Shown here: positions 63,100-64,000 of the stretch, piece after piece | Layout: each line of letters begins with the position of its first letter | How positions within the stretch are numbered: the stretch's first letter is position 1 | Assembly: GCF_036667855.1 (NCBI RefSeq) | Contig: NZ_JAVWTF010000003.1 | Location: 6,099 to 70,098 of the forward strand | Reading direction: 5' to 3' | From: Aurantimicrobium sp. | GTDB taxonomy: Bacteria; Actinomycetota; Actinomycetes; Actinomycetales; Microbacteriaceae | DNA length: 64,000 nucleotides | Position numbers and translations under genes: made by a program | The notes under the pieces: generated by a model | The model's database searches: none | What the model was told of the DNA's origin: nothing | What the model saw: the letters and a program-made list of their open reading frames with translations, nothing else

Positions 63100-64000
63100 G
63101 TAACGACAAGCTTGTCCAGGATGCCTCTGTGCCCGTGAGTGAACAGCCCACCAGGCAGAGTGCCCTCTATGACCGCGTTGCGGAGCAAACCGCGAGCATG
63201 ATCATTCGTGAGTACTCAACCTCCTTCGGAATGGCAGCTCGCCTACTGGGTGCTGGCGTGCGTCAAGACGTCGAGAACATCTATGGCCTCGTTCGTCTCG
63301 CCGATGAAATCGTCGATGGCGTTGCCGCGTATGCAGGAGTGAGCGAACAAGAGATTCGCCGTCTCCTCGATGAACTTGAAGAAGAAACCGAAGCCGCGAT
63401 GCAGCGCGGCTACAGCACCAATCTGGTGGTGCACGCTTTTGCCTTGACCGCGCGCAGGACAGGAATCGAGCCCGACCTGACTCGCCCGTTCTTTAAGTCG
63501 ATGCGCACCGACATCACTCGTGTGACCCACACGCCCAGAAGCTTCGACGAATATGTTTATGGCTCGGCTGAGGTTGTTGGTTTGATGTGCTTGAAGGCAT
63601 TCCTGGTCGGGATAGATCTCACTCCCGAAGAGAATGACACTTTTGTTACCGGCGCTCGCAAACTCGGTGCTGCCTTCCAGAAGGTGAACTTCCTGCGCGA
63701 TCTCAGTGCTGATGTGGACGCCTTGGGTCGCAGCTATTTCCCTGGCATCAACATCGCCACCTTTACCGAGGCTGACAAACAACGTCTCGTCGAAGACATC
63801 GACGCTGACCTAGCAGTCTCGGGCGCGATTGTTCCTTTGCTTCCCGCCAGCAGTCGTAAGGCTGTGGCGCTGGCCCAAAATCTTTTTGCTGAGCTCAACC
63901 GCAGGATTGCACGCACTCCTGCAGCTGAGCTGAAGCACACCCGCGTGAGCGTGCCGACACTCGTCAAGGCCCGCCTCGCACTTGCAGCACTGATGGGAAG
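63096..64000 (+). CDS. crtB: Phytoene synthase, 5' part (runs off the window)
   Basis: Hand translation from ATG 63096 (ATGA overlap with crtE): MSNDKLVQ...IIREYSTSFGMAARLL...IYGLVRLADEIVDG. No stop before 64000. Confidence 0.85.
   Translation, partial: MSNDKLVQDASVPVSEQPTRQSALYDRVAEQTASMIIREYSTSFGMAARLLGAGVRQDVENIYGLVRLADEIVDGVAAYAGVSEQEIRRLLDELEEETEAAMQRGYSTNLVVHAFALTARRTGIEPDLTRPFFKSMRTDITRVTHTPRSFDEYVYGSAEVVGLMCLKAFLVGIDLTPEENDTFVTGARKLGAAFQKVNFLRDLSADVDALGRSYFPGINIATFTEADKQRLVEDIDADLAVSGAIVPLLPASSRKAVALAQNLFAELNRRIARTPAAELKHTRVSVPTLVKARLALAALMG

Noticed and set aside
63243-63782. 179-aa minus-strand ORF
   Set aside because: Antisense to the open-ended crtB frame (YSTSF, LVRLADEIVD).
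1-64000. CRISPR arrays, rRNA operons, IS transposases, tmRNA/RNase P
   Set aside because: - Scanning intergenic regions by eye found no regularly spaced direct repeats, no rRNA-like sequence and no transposase-like ORFs.
- Small structured RNAs cannot be excluded without covariance-model searches.

Overview
This window appears to come from a moderately GC-rich actinobacterium. Gene content looks Microbacteriaceae-like, but the species cannot be determined from the sequence alone.

**Backbone.** The backbone matches, from memory, the conserved oriC-proximal block known from Mycobacterium tuberculosis Rv0005-Rv0020c:
- gyrB (3' end), gyrA, DUF3566, tRNA-Ile, tRNA-Ala.
- Then a cwsA-like gene, ppiA, rhomboid, crgA, sortase E, trpG, pknB, a second Ser/Thr kinase, pbpA, rodA, pstP, fhaB, fhaA, tRNA-Leu.
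- Then housekeeping genes: two HAD phosphatases flanking nucS, an SDR, an M13 peptidase, glyQS, hemD, trhO, a Zur-controlled metal ABC transporter plus zur, rpmB-rpmG-rpsN, HU, a CopD/CtaG fusion, a Pif1-like helicase, dcd, and idi-crtE-crtB.

**Accessory DNA at the two tRNA hot spots.**
1. A 7.9-kb integrative element sits in tRNA-Ala (about 3555-11439).
   - It carries a tyrosine integrase, an HUH rolling-circle Rep, an Xis-like gene and four ORFans, with an MmeI-family single-chain type IIL restriction-modification enzyme as cargo.
   - Its ends are visible as a 10-bp core repeat inside a decayed tRNA 3'-end copy, plus five copies of an 11-bp arm-type repeat.
   - It is followed by a TetR plus giant FN3/lectin surface-protein module bracketed by near-identical terminator hairpins, and by an HTH-MNT/HepT toxin-antitoxin pair.
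2. An integrase-less islet lies directly after tRNA-Leu (about 33422-37221).
   - It encodes a DUF3800 protein and a divergent XRE regulator.
   - It also encodes a translationally coupled pair: an EcoRI-like N6A methyltransferase and a DUF262(ParB/GmrS-like)-HNH nuclease.
   - This coupled pair is my best candidate for an undescribed restriction/defence-type system.

**Other small modules.** A RhuM/Doc-like fusion lies between zur and the ribosomal protein genes. A Phd/VapC pair has Asn in place of the first catalytic Asp of the PIN domain.

**Not seen.** No rRNA genes, CRISPR arrays or IS transposases.

**Limits.** All calls rest on reading the ORF translations and the DNA by eye. No database search was run. 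Start codons are approximate.
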